Numbered from the stretch's first letter, positions 19,070 to 28,620 are shown. The stretch: 64,000 nt of DNA from an uncultured Chloroflexia bacterium (GCA_963802165.1 CAWDHT010000017.1:245077-309076); one strand, 5' to 3'. The notes: generated from the sequence alone by a model not told the origin. Numbers and translations are program-made.

Positions 19070-19890
19070 CCACCGAACCGCACGTGCACGAGCACGTCCA
19101 CGAGAACGCTCCACCCCATGTCCACCCGCACGCGCACGAGCCCTCCGGGCCAGCGGCAGCGTCCGAGGGCGGGAGCGAGCGCGGGACGTGCGATCTGGAG
19201 CACGTCCACTTCAGCTACCCCGACGGGTTCGAGGCGCTCCGCGGGGTGGACCTGCACATCGAATCCGGCGAGAAGGTCGCGCTGGTGGGTCCCAACGGGG
19301 CCGGCAAGAGCACGCTGATGCTCCAGCTCAACGGGACGCTGCGACCGGCGCACGGCTCGGTGCGGGTGGCGGGCCTCGCGGTCGGCAAGGAGACGATCCG
19401 CCGCGTCCGCGCGGAGGTCGGCCTGGTCTTCCAGGACCCGGACGACCAGCTGTTCAGTCCCACGGTGTTCGACGACGTCGCCTTCGGGCCGCTGCACATG
19501 GGCCTGCCGGCCGACGAGGTGCACCGGCGCGTCGAGCGGGCGCTGGCGGCCGTGGGCATGGCCGCGTTCGCCCACCGGGTGCCGCACCGCATGTCCCTCG
19601 GCCAGCGGAAGCGCGTGGCCCTGGCGACGGTCCTGTCCATGGACCCGTCGATCCTGGTGTTCGACGAGCCGTCGGCTGGCCTCGATCCCCGCGGACGCCG
19701 TGAGCTCATCCGGCTGCTCCGCACGCTGGGCCAGACGATGCTGGTCTCCACGCACGACATGCGGCTGGTCGCCGAGGTCTTCCCGCGGACCGTCGTGATG
19801 GACGACGGGCTGGTGGTCGCCGACGGGCCGACTGATGGGATCCTCGCCGACGGCGAGCTCCTCGAGGCACATGGGCTCGAGGCCCCGTAG
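19066..19890 (+). CDS. ECF transporter ATPase CbiO/NikO with His-rich N-terminal extension
   Basis: Walker A GPNGAGKST, LSGGQ-like MSLGQRKR and Walker B ILVFDEP. N-terminus MTTEPHVHEHVHENAPPHVHPHAHEP. The GTG start overlaps the cbiQ stop (GTGA). Confidence 0.85.
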   Translation: MTTEPHVHEHVHENAPPHVHPHAHEPSGPAAASEGGSERGTCDLEHVHFSYPDGFEALRGVDLHIESGEKVALVGPNGAGKSTLMLQLNGTLRPAHGSVRVAGLAVGKETIRRVRAEVGLVFQDPDDQLFSPTVFDDVAFGPLHMGLPADEVHRRVERALAAVGMAAFAHRVPHRMSLGQRKRVALATVLSMDPSILVFDEPSAGLDPRGRRELIRLLRTLGQTMLVSTHDMRLVAEVFPRTVVMDDGLVVADGPTDGILADGELLEAHGLEAP

Positions 19891-19911
19891 GGCGCCCGTG
19901 ATCGCGGCCGG

Positions 19912-20415
19912 TTAGTCGAGCCGGTTGATCGCCGGAACCCGGAGCGGGCGCAGCTCATCGGTCCGGCGGAACAGCCGCGCGACGACCGACGGCACCCACC
20001 AGCGCAGGAAGTAGAGCCGGCAGCCGACGCAGATGCCCGTCGTCGCGAGCAGGACCTGCAGGCCCGCGACCGCCGCGGTCAGCAGCCAGCCGACGACCGG
20101 CAGGCCGGCGAGGAACGCGAGCGTCGCGAGCACGAGGAACGTGCCGCCAAGCGCCTGGGCGAACCGGGGTGGGTACTCGTGCTCGAGCTCCACTGGACCG
20201 AGCCTGAACGCGGCGCGGACGAGCATCCAGGCGCGGCCCGGGAGGAACAGCCGGGTGCCGAAGGCGGCCGAGACGAGCAGGTTGAGGCCGACGAGCGCGA
20301 CGAGCCAGGGCAGGCCGAGCAGGAAGGCGAGGAGGAGGACGATGGCGGACACGCCGGCGCCGAAGCGTTGGCCGCGCGGGTCGATAGAGCGTGCAGGAGC
20401 AGGGGTCAGGGACAC
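19912..20415 (-). CDS. DUF4395-family membrane protein
   Basis: Four predicted transmembrane segments and the C-terminal CVGCRLYFLRWW motif. GTG start (VSLTPAP). Confidence 0.55.
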   Translation of the reverse strand: MSLTPAPARSIDPRGQRFGAGVSAIVLLLAFLLGLPWLVALVGLNLLVSAAFGTRLFLPGRAWMLVRAAFRLGPVELEHEYPPRFAQALGGTFLVLATLAFLAGLPVVGWLLTAAVAGLQVLLATTGICVGCRLYFLRWWVPSVVARLFRRTDELRPLRVPAINRLD

Positions 20416-20778
20416 GTGGGTGACTCCGGGTCGTGTGGGACGGGGCGCGCGATCGCGCGCTGGACCACGGGGAGAGGCGAGGCCCGGGAGGGTCAGCCGG
20501 TGCGGCGACCCGGGTGGGCAGCCGCGCACGTGACCCCCGCCGACGCTCGCCGTCGACAGGCGCACCACTGACCCATACAGCCCGTGAGGGCGGCCACAAC
20601 CATGCGCAGAGCGTATCCCGAGGTTGTTGCCGCGTCAACGATACGCGGCGGCCGGGATCGTGAGACGTCCGGGAACCGGCAGTACTCCCGGGGGGATTTC
20701 CCACTCCGGCCCGCCCCGCGTACGATCGCAGGCAGCGGAAGCGCGGGGGCCGACGCACCGGGGAGCCTGATCGAGACC

Positions 20779-22170
20779 ATGTCCCTTTCCTCTCGCATCG
20801 AACGAGCCCAGCAGGCCGGAACTTCACGCCAGGAGCCGACGGCGACCGCGGTCGTCACCATCCCCGTGGGAGCACCCGCCCAGCTCGCCGCGCGCGAGGA
20901 GATGCTACGGGACGCCCGCGCCAGGCTCCAGGTCGAGGTCGTCGGCGCCTCGCATGCCCTGTTCGCGGCCGGACTCGGCCCGGAACTGCGGACGCAGGTC
21001 GAGGGCATCGTCGACAGGTTCATGACCACCAATGGCCTGGCGCTGACGCGCGATGAGCGCCTGCGCCTCGTGCAGGAGGTCATCGCCGAGGTAACCGGCC
21101 TCGGACCACTCGAGCCGCTCCTCGCCGACGACACGATCACCGAGGTCATGGTCAACGGACCGGACCACATCTACATCGAGCGCAAGGGCAAGATCTCGCG
21201 CGTGCAGACGTCGTTCCTCAACGACGATCACGTCCTGCGGATCATCGACCGGATCATCACCCCGCTCGGCCGCCGCATCGACCAGACCAGCCCCCGGGTG
21301 GATGCCCGCCTCCCCGACGGCTCGCGCGTCAACTGCATCATCGAGCCACTGTCGCTCATCGGACCGGTCATCACCATCCGCAAGTTCTCGGCCCGCCCAT
21401 ACACGGTCGAGGATCTCGTTCGGTTCGGCACGGCGACGGACGAGATGTTCGACTTCCTGCGAGCGTGCGTCGAGGCACGGCTCAACCTATTCGTGTCGGG
21501 CGGCACCGGGTCCGGCAAGACGACCACCCTCAACGTGATCTCCGCCTTCGTCCCCGAGGAGGAACGGATCATCACCATCGAGGACGCCGCCGAGCTCCAG
21601 CTCCGCCAGGAGCACGTCATCACGCTGGAGGCGCGACCCGCCAACCTGGAGGGATCGGGCGAGATCACGACCCGGGACCTGCTGCGCAACGCGCTCCACA
21701 TGCGACCGGACCGCATCATCGTCGGCGAGTGCCGCGGCGGCGAGGCGCTGGACATGATCCAGGCCATGACCGTCGGCCAGGAGGGCTCGCTGTCCACCGG
21801 CCACGCGAACAGCTCGCCCGACATGCTGCGGCGCCTCGAGACGATGATCCTGATGTCCGGCTACGAGATGCCGCTGCGGTCGATCCGCGAGCAGATCGCC
21901 TCCGCCGTGGACCTGATCGTCCACACCGCCCGCCTCGGCGATGGCTCGCGCAAGATCGTGAACATCACCGAGGTGTACGGGATCGAGGACGACCAGATCC
22001 TGACCCAGGACATCTTCGAGTTCAGGCAGACCGGCCTCGATGAGAAGGGGAAGATCCTGGGCACCCTCGAGGCCACCGGGGAGCGTCCCACGTTCATGCC
22101 CAAGTTCGCGGCGAACGGCATCCAGCTCCCGCCCGGCGAGTTCGGGATTCCGCCCGAGGATCCCGAGCAC
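20779..22170 (+). CDS. CpaF/TadA-family type II/IV secretion ATPase (solo); 3' boundary uncertain
   Basis: NGPDHIYIERKGK, Walker A GGTGSGKTTTLN, TIEDAAELQL, VGECRGGEA and SLSTGHANS motifs. The ORF continues in frame into a Rid-like domain with no stop. Confidence 0.8.
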
Positions 22171-22560
22171 CCGGTCAAGGTGCGGATCGGCAAGGGACGG
22201 TCCATCGGCATCGAGCAGGGTGGGGACACCAGGCCCCGGCTGACCTTCGGCCTGGGCTCCGCCGTGAACGCGGGCGGGATGATCTACGTGTCGTCCGTGG
22301 GCCCCGTGAACCCGGAGACCGGGTGGCTGGCCGGCAATTCGATCAGCGCCCAGGCCGCCCAGTGCCTCGAGAACCTGCGCGTCCTGCTGGAGCGCGAGGG
22401 GTCGTCGCTCGACAGGATCGTGTGGGCGAACTGGTCCCTGCGTGACCCGTCCGAGTTCGAGTCCTTCAGCGAGGAGTGGGTGAAGTGGTTCCCGGACACG
22501 GCGCCGGTGGGGCAGGGCACGCTGATGCCGCCCAAGCAGCGGCGGGCCGGGTTCCGGGTC
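22171..22560 (+). CDS. RidA/YjgF (Rid-family) domain, in frame with the upstream CpaF ORF; boundaries approximate
   Basis: ...GMIYVSSVGPVNPETGWLAGNSISAQAAQCLENLRVLLEREGSSLDRIVWANWSLRDPSEFESFSEEWVKWFPDTAPVGQGTLMPPKQRRAGFRVSIGVIA resembles the YjgF/chorismate-mutase-like fold. I see no separate start or stop. Confidence 0.45.
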
Positions 22561-23122
22561 TCCATCGGGGTGATCGCGCAGGCGGGCGGGGCCGGACCAG
22601 GCGCGATGATCAGGACGGCCAGTCAAGGTGCGACGACCGGTTCGACGACCGGCGCGATGACCGGCGCGGTGACCGGCGCGGCAGCCACCACCGACCAGCC
22701 CGCCGCGGCAGCTTCGGGCGCGGACCCGGGCCACGCCGTCGTTGCCCCGGCTGCCCGCTGGCACCGAGCGCCGACGAGCGGATCGCCGGACGTCCGCCGT
22801 CGCCGTCCCGCCCGCCGGCGTCGAACGCCGACGCGGCCAGCGGCGCCGCGCCCCAGAGACCCAGCTGCCGCCCGAGAACTAGCCAACGGCTCCGTCGGTC
22901 CGAAGCACCGGAGGCGGCACCCACGGCGGCTTGCAGGCGGCAGCGACAGGGCGATCGTTGGTCGCAGCGGCCGCCCCGGAATGGGGCAGCAAGACGCAAC
23001 ACCTGCCGAACTCCGTCATGATGAACATGATTGGCTGACGTCTCGGCCATGCCCGGAGGCGGACCGCCTCGCCGACCCGGAGGCGCGCTCGCCTCCCGCA
23101 GGGATGCCCAGAGCCACATCGC

Positions 23123-24154
23123 ATGACGCCGACGAACGAGCTCATCTACTGGATCGCCTTCCTGGCGTTCATCGGATTCCTGCTGTTCCTGGACCTCTTC
23201 GTGTTCCATCGGAACGCGCACGTGGTGAAGGTGCGCGAGGCGGCGATCTTCTCCGCCTTCTGGATCGCCCTCGGCGTCAGCTTCGGCGTGTTCGTCTTCT
23301 TCTGGCTCGGCCCGACCAAGGGCATCGAGTACTTCACGGGCTACCTGATCGAGAAGAGCCTCTCGGTCGACAACGTCTTCGTCTTCGCGCTGATCTTCGG
23401 GGCGTTCGCGGTGCCGGGCCAGTACCAGCACCGGGTCCTGTTCTGGGGTGTCGTCGGGGCCCTGGCCATGCGCCTCGTGATGATCGTGGCCGGCTCGGCG
23501 CTCATCGAGACCTACCAGTGGATCCTCTACGTGTTCGGCGCGTTCCTGATCTTCACCGGCGTGCGGATGGCCCTCTCGCACGGCAAGCCGGAGAAAGACC
23601 CCAGTCAGAACACCGTCGTCCGGTTCGCTCGCACCCACTTCCCCTTCTCCGACGCCTACGACGGCCAGCGGTTCTTCACGCAGGTCAACGCGAAGCGCGT
23701 GGCAACCCCCCTGCTGCTCGTCCTGATCTCGGTCGAGGTCACGGACCTGATCTTCGCCGTCGACTCCATCCCGGCGATCTTCGCGATCACGACCGACCCG
23801 TTCATCGTCTACACGTCGAACGCGTTCGCGATCCTCGGCCTGCGGGCCCTCTACTTCCTCCTCGCGGACCTCAAGGACAGGTTCCGCTACCTGAAGCTCG
23901 GCCTCGCGGTCATCCTCGTGTTCGTCGGCGTGAAGCTGACGGTGATCAACCTGGGGATCAAGATCGACCCCATCCTGTCGCTGGTTGTCGTGACCGGCAT
24001 CCTGACCGTCGCCATCCTGGCGTCGTGGCTGCGGCCGGCACCGCCCGAGGTCGAGGGTCATCCCGACCTGCCCTGGCCGACGGACGATCCGGACGGCGGG
24101 AGCGGCTCGGCCGCCGCGGCGGTGGGACCCGGCGGAGACGCCCGACCCAGCTGA
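23123..24154 (+). CDS. TerC-family integral membrane protein
   Basis: ...YLIEKSLSVDNVFVFALIFGAFAVP...VSVEVTDLIFAVDSIPAIFAITTDPFIVYTSNAFAILGLRALYF... is a typical TerC/Alx sequence. Confidence 0.85.
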   Translation: MTPTNELIYWIAFLAFIGFLLFLDLFVFHRNAHVVKVREAAIFSAFWIALGVSFGVFVFFWLGPTKGIEYFTGYLIEKSLSVDNVFVFALIFGAFAVPGQYQHRVLFWGVVGALAMRLVMIVAGSALIETYQWILYVFGAFLIFTGVRMALSHGKPEKDPSQNTVVRFARTHFPFSDAYDGQRFFTQVNAKRVATPLLLVLISVEVTDLIFAVDSIPAIFAITTDPFIVYTSNAFAILGLRALYFLLADLKDRFRYLKLGLAVILVFVGVKLTVINLGIKIDPILSLVVVTGILTVAILASWLRPAPPEVEGHPDLPWPTDDPDGGSGSAAAAVGPGGDARPS

Positions 24155-24580
24155 CCGCGCCGGATCCGCCATCGGCGGTCGGGGGGACCACACAAGGACG
24201 TCGGCAAGGTTGGGCGTCGCGGGGGCGGCGGCGGCACTGTTCGGCGGCGGCGCTGTTCGGCGGCGGGTTTGTCCGGCGCCTTTGACCAGCGTGCCTGTTT
24301 CGACTCCGGATCGTGTCAGAGGCAGCCCGTGACACGGCGGGGAGTCGTTTGAAGCGGCCTGACGAGGAACTGGACCGCGATCCACGCAGGATCTGCTGTC
24401 ACCCTGCAGACAGGGGCCCCGTCTCGACTCCGGGGTGTGTCGGGGGCGGCTCGTGACTCGGCGGTGTGCGTAGGCGCCGCCCAAACGGCCGCCCACGCGG
24501 CCGCCCGAACTGCCGCCGACCGAACTGCCGCCGCCCAGGCCGCAACCCGGCGGGTTGTCCGGCAGGTCCCTGGCCGAGAG

Positions 24581-25567
24581 CTACGACTGCGATGCCCGCG
24601 ACGGAGCCCTGTCCCAGCGATGCGCGCGCAGCGCGGTCATCAGCTCATCGGGCAGCGGTCCCGCCTCGGCCGCGGTGACGTTGGCGGCCAGGTGCTCGGT
24701 GCGCCGCATCCCAGGAATCACGGTGGTCACGTCCGGGCTCGACAGGATGAACCGCAGGGCGAACTGCGCCATCGACTGCCCGGCCGGCACCAGCGGCCGC
24801 AGCGCCTCGACCCGCTCGATGGTCTCCCGCAGGTTCGCCGGCGTGAAGTACGTGTTTCGCCAGTCGCCGTCAGGCCATCGGCTGTCCCGAGTCAGCTCCC
24901 CGGCCAGGCTTCCCTCGTCCAGCGGCACGCGCGCGATCACGGCCACGCCCAGCTCCCGGCACAGCGGGAACAGCTCGTCTTCGGGCGACTGGTCGAAGAC
25001 GTTGTAGACCACCTGCACGGCGTCGATCAGGCCGGTCCGCAGCGTCCGGAGCACGTTCGCCGGCTCGCGCCGGTTGACGCTGATGCCCACGTGCCGGACC
25101 AGCCCATCGCGCCGGAGCGTCTCCACGGCACCCTGCCACCCGGCGTCGTGGGCCCACTCGTCCTGCCAGACGTGGAACTGCACCAGGTCGATGGGCGGCC
25201 CCCCCACCTTGCGGAGCATCCCGGCAACCGACGCCCGGATGTGATCCGGCGGGAACACGTCCCTGACCCGGCTGTCCGGCAGGGCGGGCCACTCGCGGTT
25301 CTTGGGCGGAATCTTGGAGGCGAGGAACAGGTCGCGGCCCGGGTTCGCGGCCCGCAGCTCCCCCATCAGGCGGTCCGAGGTGCCGGACCCGTAGACCTGG
25401 GCCGAATCGAAGAACGTGACGCCCGCGTCCACCGCGGCCTGCAGCACGACCATCGACGCGCCGTCGTCCGCACCGCTCCAGCCGCCGATGCCGCCGCCCA
25501 TCCCCCACATGCCGACGCCAAGCTCGCTGACGGGGCGGCCGGTGCGCCCGAACGGTCGCTGTCGCAT
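24581..25567 (-). CDS. Aldo/keto reductase
   Basis: ...FFDSAQVYGSG.SDRLMG... and the overall AKR (beta/alpha)8 pattern. Confidence 0.8.
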   Translation of the reverse strand: MRQRPFGRTGRPVSELGVGMWGMGGGIGGWSGADDGASMVVLQAAVDAGVTFFDSAQVYGSGTSDRLMGELRAANPGRDLFLASKIPPKNREWPALPDSRVRDVFPPDHIRASVAGMLRKVGGPPIDLVQFHVWQDEWAHDAGWQGAVETLRRDGLVRHVGISVNRREPANVLRTLRTGLIDAVQVVYNVFDQSPEDELFPLCRELGVAVIARVPLDEGSLAGELTRDSRWPDGDWRNTYFTPANLRETIERVEALRPLVPAGQSMAQFALRFILSSPDVTTVIPGMRRTEHLAANVTAAEAGPLPDELMTALRAHRWDRAPSRASQS

Positions 25568-25621
25568 GATCGCCTCCTGGCGGGCGTGCCTCCGCCCGCG
25601 TTCCGATCAGATGTCGCCGGA

Positions 25622-26614
25622 CTAAGCGTTGAGGGCGGGGATCACGCTGGACCCGTATGCCTCGAGCTGCGCCTCCTCGTCCCCGCTCATGAGGTAGAGG
25701 TTGAACTGGTCCACGCCCGCGCTGCTGAGCTCCCTGAGCCGCCGTACGTGTTCCCCGGGCGGGCCGACGATGGCGAAGCGATCCACGACATCGTCGCCGG
25801 CGACAGCAGCGCTCGCCGAGTCGAACTCGGCGCCGTGGCGATCGTCGCTGACGTCGCGATCCCGGAGGTACCCCGTCAACCGTTCGGGCAGCTCGTCACT
25901 TGGATACCTGTTCACCAGATCGATCACATGACCGCTGACGAGGCCCGGGAACCAGCGCACACGCTGACGGCAGTCCTCGATCTCGCCGACGTGCGCCGGC
26001 GCTGCGGCCTGCACCCTGATCGAGGCGGGATCGCGTCCAGCTGCCTCGGCGGCATCACGCATGAGACCGACCATCCAGCGGACCATGTCTGGGTCCGCCA
26101 GTTGGAGGATCAGGCCGTCGGCAATTCGACCGGTCATCGCGAGCGCCATCGGACCGTAGCCGGCGATCCATACGGGCAGCCGCCACCTGCCTGCCCAGGG
26201 AAGCTCCAGGCTCACTCCCTCGCACTCGGTCGAGCGGCCTTCGACGAGGTCGCGGATGACCGTCACCGCCTGCTCCAGCGCCTTCAGGGTGGTGGGAGAC
26301 TTCCCGACTGAACGGACCGAGGAGTCACCACGGCCGATGCCGAGATCCATGCGTCCACCCGAGATCTCATCGAGCGTCGCGAGAGCGCTTGCTGTCACGC
26401 TCGGGTCTCGCGTCGCCGGGTTCGTCACGCAGGTGCCGAGGCGCATGTGCGTGGTGTTCAGGGCCATCAGTGTGAGAAGCGGATAGACCTCCCTGAATGG
26501 CACGTGATTGTCGAAGAGCCAGCCGTAGGTGAACCCGGCAGCTTCAGCCTGCCTCGTGAGCGCGATGAAGCGTCCGATGTCGTGGTCAGGCTTGAGCGTG
26601 AATCCGAAGTCCAT
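25622..26614 (-). CDS. LLM-class F420-dependent oxidoreductase (luciferase-like)
   Basis: MDFGFTLKP...GFTYGWLFDNH...LDEISGGRMDLGIGRGDS pattern. Confidence 0.75.
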   Translation of the reverse strand: MDFGFTLKPDHDIGRFIALTRQAEAAGFTYGWLFDNHVPFREVYPLLTLMALNTTHMRLGTCVTNPATRDPSVTASALATLDEISGGRMDLGIGRGDSSVRSVGKSPTTLKALEQAVTVIRDLVEGRSTECEGVSLELPWAGRWRLPVWIAGYGPMALAMTGRIADGLILQLADPDMVRWMVGLMRDAAEAAGRDPASIRVQAAAPAHVGEIEDCRQRVRWFPGLVSGHVIDLVNRYPSDELPERLTGYLRDRDVSDDRHGAEFDSASAAVAGDDVVDRFAIVGPPGEHVRRLRELSSAGVDQFNLYLMSGDEEAQLEAYGSSVIPALNA

Positions 26615-26732
26615 GGCTCGCAGCCTACACCGCGCCCAACTTTCGCTCAGCCAGCCCTCACCGTGCCCCGCCCACCTCAGTCGTCCGCCGCGGCGCCGTC
26701 AGGCTGCGAGTCGTGCTGGCGCAAGGGGAAGG

Positions 26733-26808
26733 TGGAGCGGGAGACGGGGATCGAACCCGCGACATGCAGCTTGGAAGGCTGCCGCTCTGCCAGCTGAGCT
26801 ACTCCCGC
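26733..26808 (-). tRNA. tRNA-Gly (anticodon UCC)
   Basis: Reverse complement folds as a cloverleaf: acceptor stem GCGGGAG/CTCCCGC, D stem GCTC/GAGC, anticodon stem GCAGC/GCTGC with loop CTTCCAA (anticodon TCC), T stem GCGGG/CCCGT with loop TTCGATC, and an encoded CCA. Total 76 nt. Confidence 0.85.
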
Positions 26809-26872
26809 ATGGCCGGAACCGTACCACGGCGGCCCCGGTCGAGGCCTTCGCCCGTCCCGGAACCGGACCCCG

Positions 26873-27661
26873 TCAGCCCGCCCCGGTCACGTCGTAGGCG
26901 AGCGAGCGGAGCGTGAACGAGCCGTAGGTGAACGGGCCGTCGGGCCGCTGGTAGACGGCGTCACCCCGGGTCGGCAGGCGCAGGCCGCCAACGTCCCGGT
27001 AGTCCGACATCGGCGTGCTCCACCGGCGCTGGTGGACGACGTTGTCGCCGCTCTCGGGCCGGTCGTCGGACCAGAAGTCGGCGAGCTCGTCGCGCTCGTT
27101 GAACAGCAGCGTCGCCGTCACGCGCCGCCGCCCGTTGGTGAACGCGACCGCGGCCGACCGGTCGTCGACCGGCTGCCAGGCGAATCGCGGGTCCACGAGG
27201 ACCCCGGGCGCGAAGATGCACAGGTCGTTGAGGACCGTGACGGTCTCCGCGTTGCTGATCGACTCGCCGGACTGGTCCACGATCGTGATCAACCGCGCCG
27301 CCCGGACCTGGAACGTCGCCTGCTCCTCGCGGTAGATGTGGAGGGCGCGGACCGGGAGCCCGAACATGCGCGCCTTCATCAGGAACAGCCGGGTCGGGCG
27401 GCCGAACCAGTTGAGCTGGGTCGAGGTCGCCGCCATCCCGGGATCGCCCGGCTTGCGCAGCATCAGCGCGTCCATCTCCAGGCGCATGTTCTGCGGGACC
27501 GGCCGGCCCACGGCGCCAGACGCCAGCACGTAGCGCCGGACCGGGGCCGGCAACGGCGCGAGGTCGGCCTCAGCGAGGACTGGTGCCGCAGCCAGCGGCT
27601 GGGCGGCGAGCTCCGCGGCCACCGCTGCGTCCCAGCGCGCGTCGAAGGATCGTCCTGCCAT
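26873..27661 (-). CDS. Hypothetical conserved protein
   Basis: MAGRSFDARWD... ORF of 262 aa with AGGAGA 7 nt before the ATG. Third gene of a marR, membrane-protein, this-gene string on the minus strand. Confidence 0.5.
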   Translation of the reverse strand: MAGRSFDARWDAAVAAELAAQPLAAAPVLAEADLAPLPAPVRRYVLASGAVGRPVPQNMRLEMDALMLRKPGDPGMAATSTQLNWFGRPTRLFLMKARMFGLPVRALHIYREEQATFQVRAARLITIVDQSGESISNAETVTVLNDLCIFAPGVLVDPRFAWQPVDDRSAAVAFTNGRRRVTATLLFNERDELADFWSDDRPESGDNVVHQRRWSTPMSDYRDVGGLRLPTRGDAVYQRPDGPFTYGSFTLRSLAYDVTGAG

Positions 27662-27687
27662 CACGGTCTCTCCTCTCGTCCGGCCGG

Positions 27688-28080
27688 TCAGCCGGGGACC
27701 CGGACGGTCGACCCGCGGGCGGCCGCCGCCAAGCCGAGGGCGGCGAGGATCGCCACGTTGACGACGATCCCGAACACCGCCTCGGGCAGGCCCAGGGTGC
27801 ACACGACGATCGATCCGACCGCGAGCACCGCCGTGAGCGGCGCGGCCCACGCCGCTCGGCGCCAGACGGCCACGCCCGCGACGACGAAACCGACCGCCAG
27901 GGCGAGCCAGACCACGCCGACGAGGCGCGCTCCGGACTCGCCGAGCGCCAGCGTCCCGGCCAGCGCGGAGGTCCGATACGGGAAGCCCTCGACCTGTGCG
28001 ATCCCCCACGGGACCACGAAGCCGATGAGATGGATGAGGCCATGGACCGCCAGGAGGGCGGCCGCGAGGATGCGGATCAT
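27688..28080 (-). CDS. Small integral membrane protein (4 TM)
   Basis: MIRILAAALLAVHGLIHLIGFVVPWG... is hydrophobic. Its start overlaps the marR stop (ATGA). Confidence 0.5.
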   Translation of the reverse strand: MIRILAAALLAVHGLIHLIGFVVPWGIAQVEGFPYRTSALAGTLALGESGARLVGVVWLALAVGFVVAGVAVWRRAAWAAPLTAVLAVGSIVVCTLGLPEAVFGIVVNVAILAALGLAAAARGSTVRVPG

Positions 28081-28595
28081 GCGAGTTGCTGCCTTTCCGG
28101 GACGCGTTCCGGTGCTGGTGAGGTGTGCGACAGGGCCGCGAGCCAGCGGCCGACGAGGTGCCTCAGCGCGAGGACGTCGTCACGGGCGAGACCGCCGAAC
28201 GCGGCTTCGAGGAGGTCGCGGCCGCGGGCCTGGCCCTCGGGCTCGTCGAACCTGGCGACCTTACCGGTCAGCGCGAGCCGCGTGGTGCGTGCGTCCGACG
28301 GATCCGGGACCAGGCGGAGGTAGCCACGGGTCTCGAGGCCCAGGGCGATCTGCTTGACGTTCTGGCGGGAGCTGCCGTAGGCCGCCGCCGCCTCCGACAG
28401 CGAGGGTGAGCGGCCCGGGAAGCCGCGCGTGAGCACGGCCAGGAGCAGCCACTGGCGGGTCGTGAGATCCCAGTCCGCCAGCCCCTGGTCCGTGAGCCGG
28501 GTCAGGTGCCCCACGATCACGAACATGCCGCCAAAGGCATCCGATGCCGCTTGGATCTCGTCGTCGTCCATCACGATGAGTAATATATTACGCAT
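28077..28595 (-). CDS. MarR-family transcriptional regulator
   Basis: Winged-helix region ...QWLLLAVL...LSEAAAAYGSSRQNVKQIALGLETRGYLRLVPDPSDARTTRLALT... Confidence 0.75.
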   Translation of the reverse strand: MRNILLIVMDDDEIQAASDAFGGMFVIVGHLTRLTDQGLADWDLTTRQWLLLAVLTRGFPGRSPSLSEAAAAYGSSRQNVKQIALGLETRGYLRLVPDPSDARTTRLALTGKVARFDEPEGQARGRDLLEAAFGGLARDDVLALRHLVGRWLAALSHTSPAPERVPERQQLA

Positions 28596-28602
28596 TGCGG
28601 TT

Positions 28603-28620
28603 GACTGTCAAGCGGCTGCA
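28603..28620. promoter_or_regulatory. Palindrome TTGACtGTCAA immediately upstream of marR (28077..28595)
   Basis: Seen directly in the sequence, about 10 bp upstream of the MarR start codon. MarR proteins typically autoregulate through such dyads. Confidence 0.35.

Noticed and set aside
20584-24285. 1233-aa ORF read as one giant protein
   Set aside because: Only the CpaF-like part (from 20779) and the Rid-like part are recognisable. After about 22560 the translation is P/R/A-rich nonsense and overlaps the real TerC gene in another frame.
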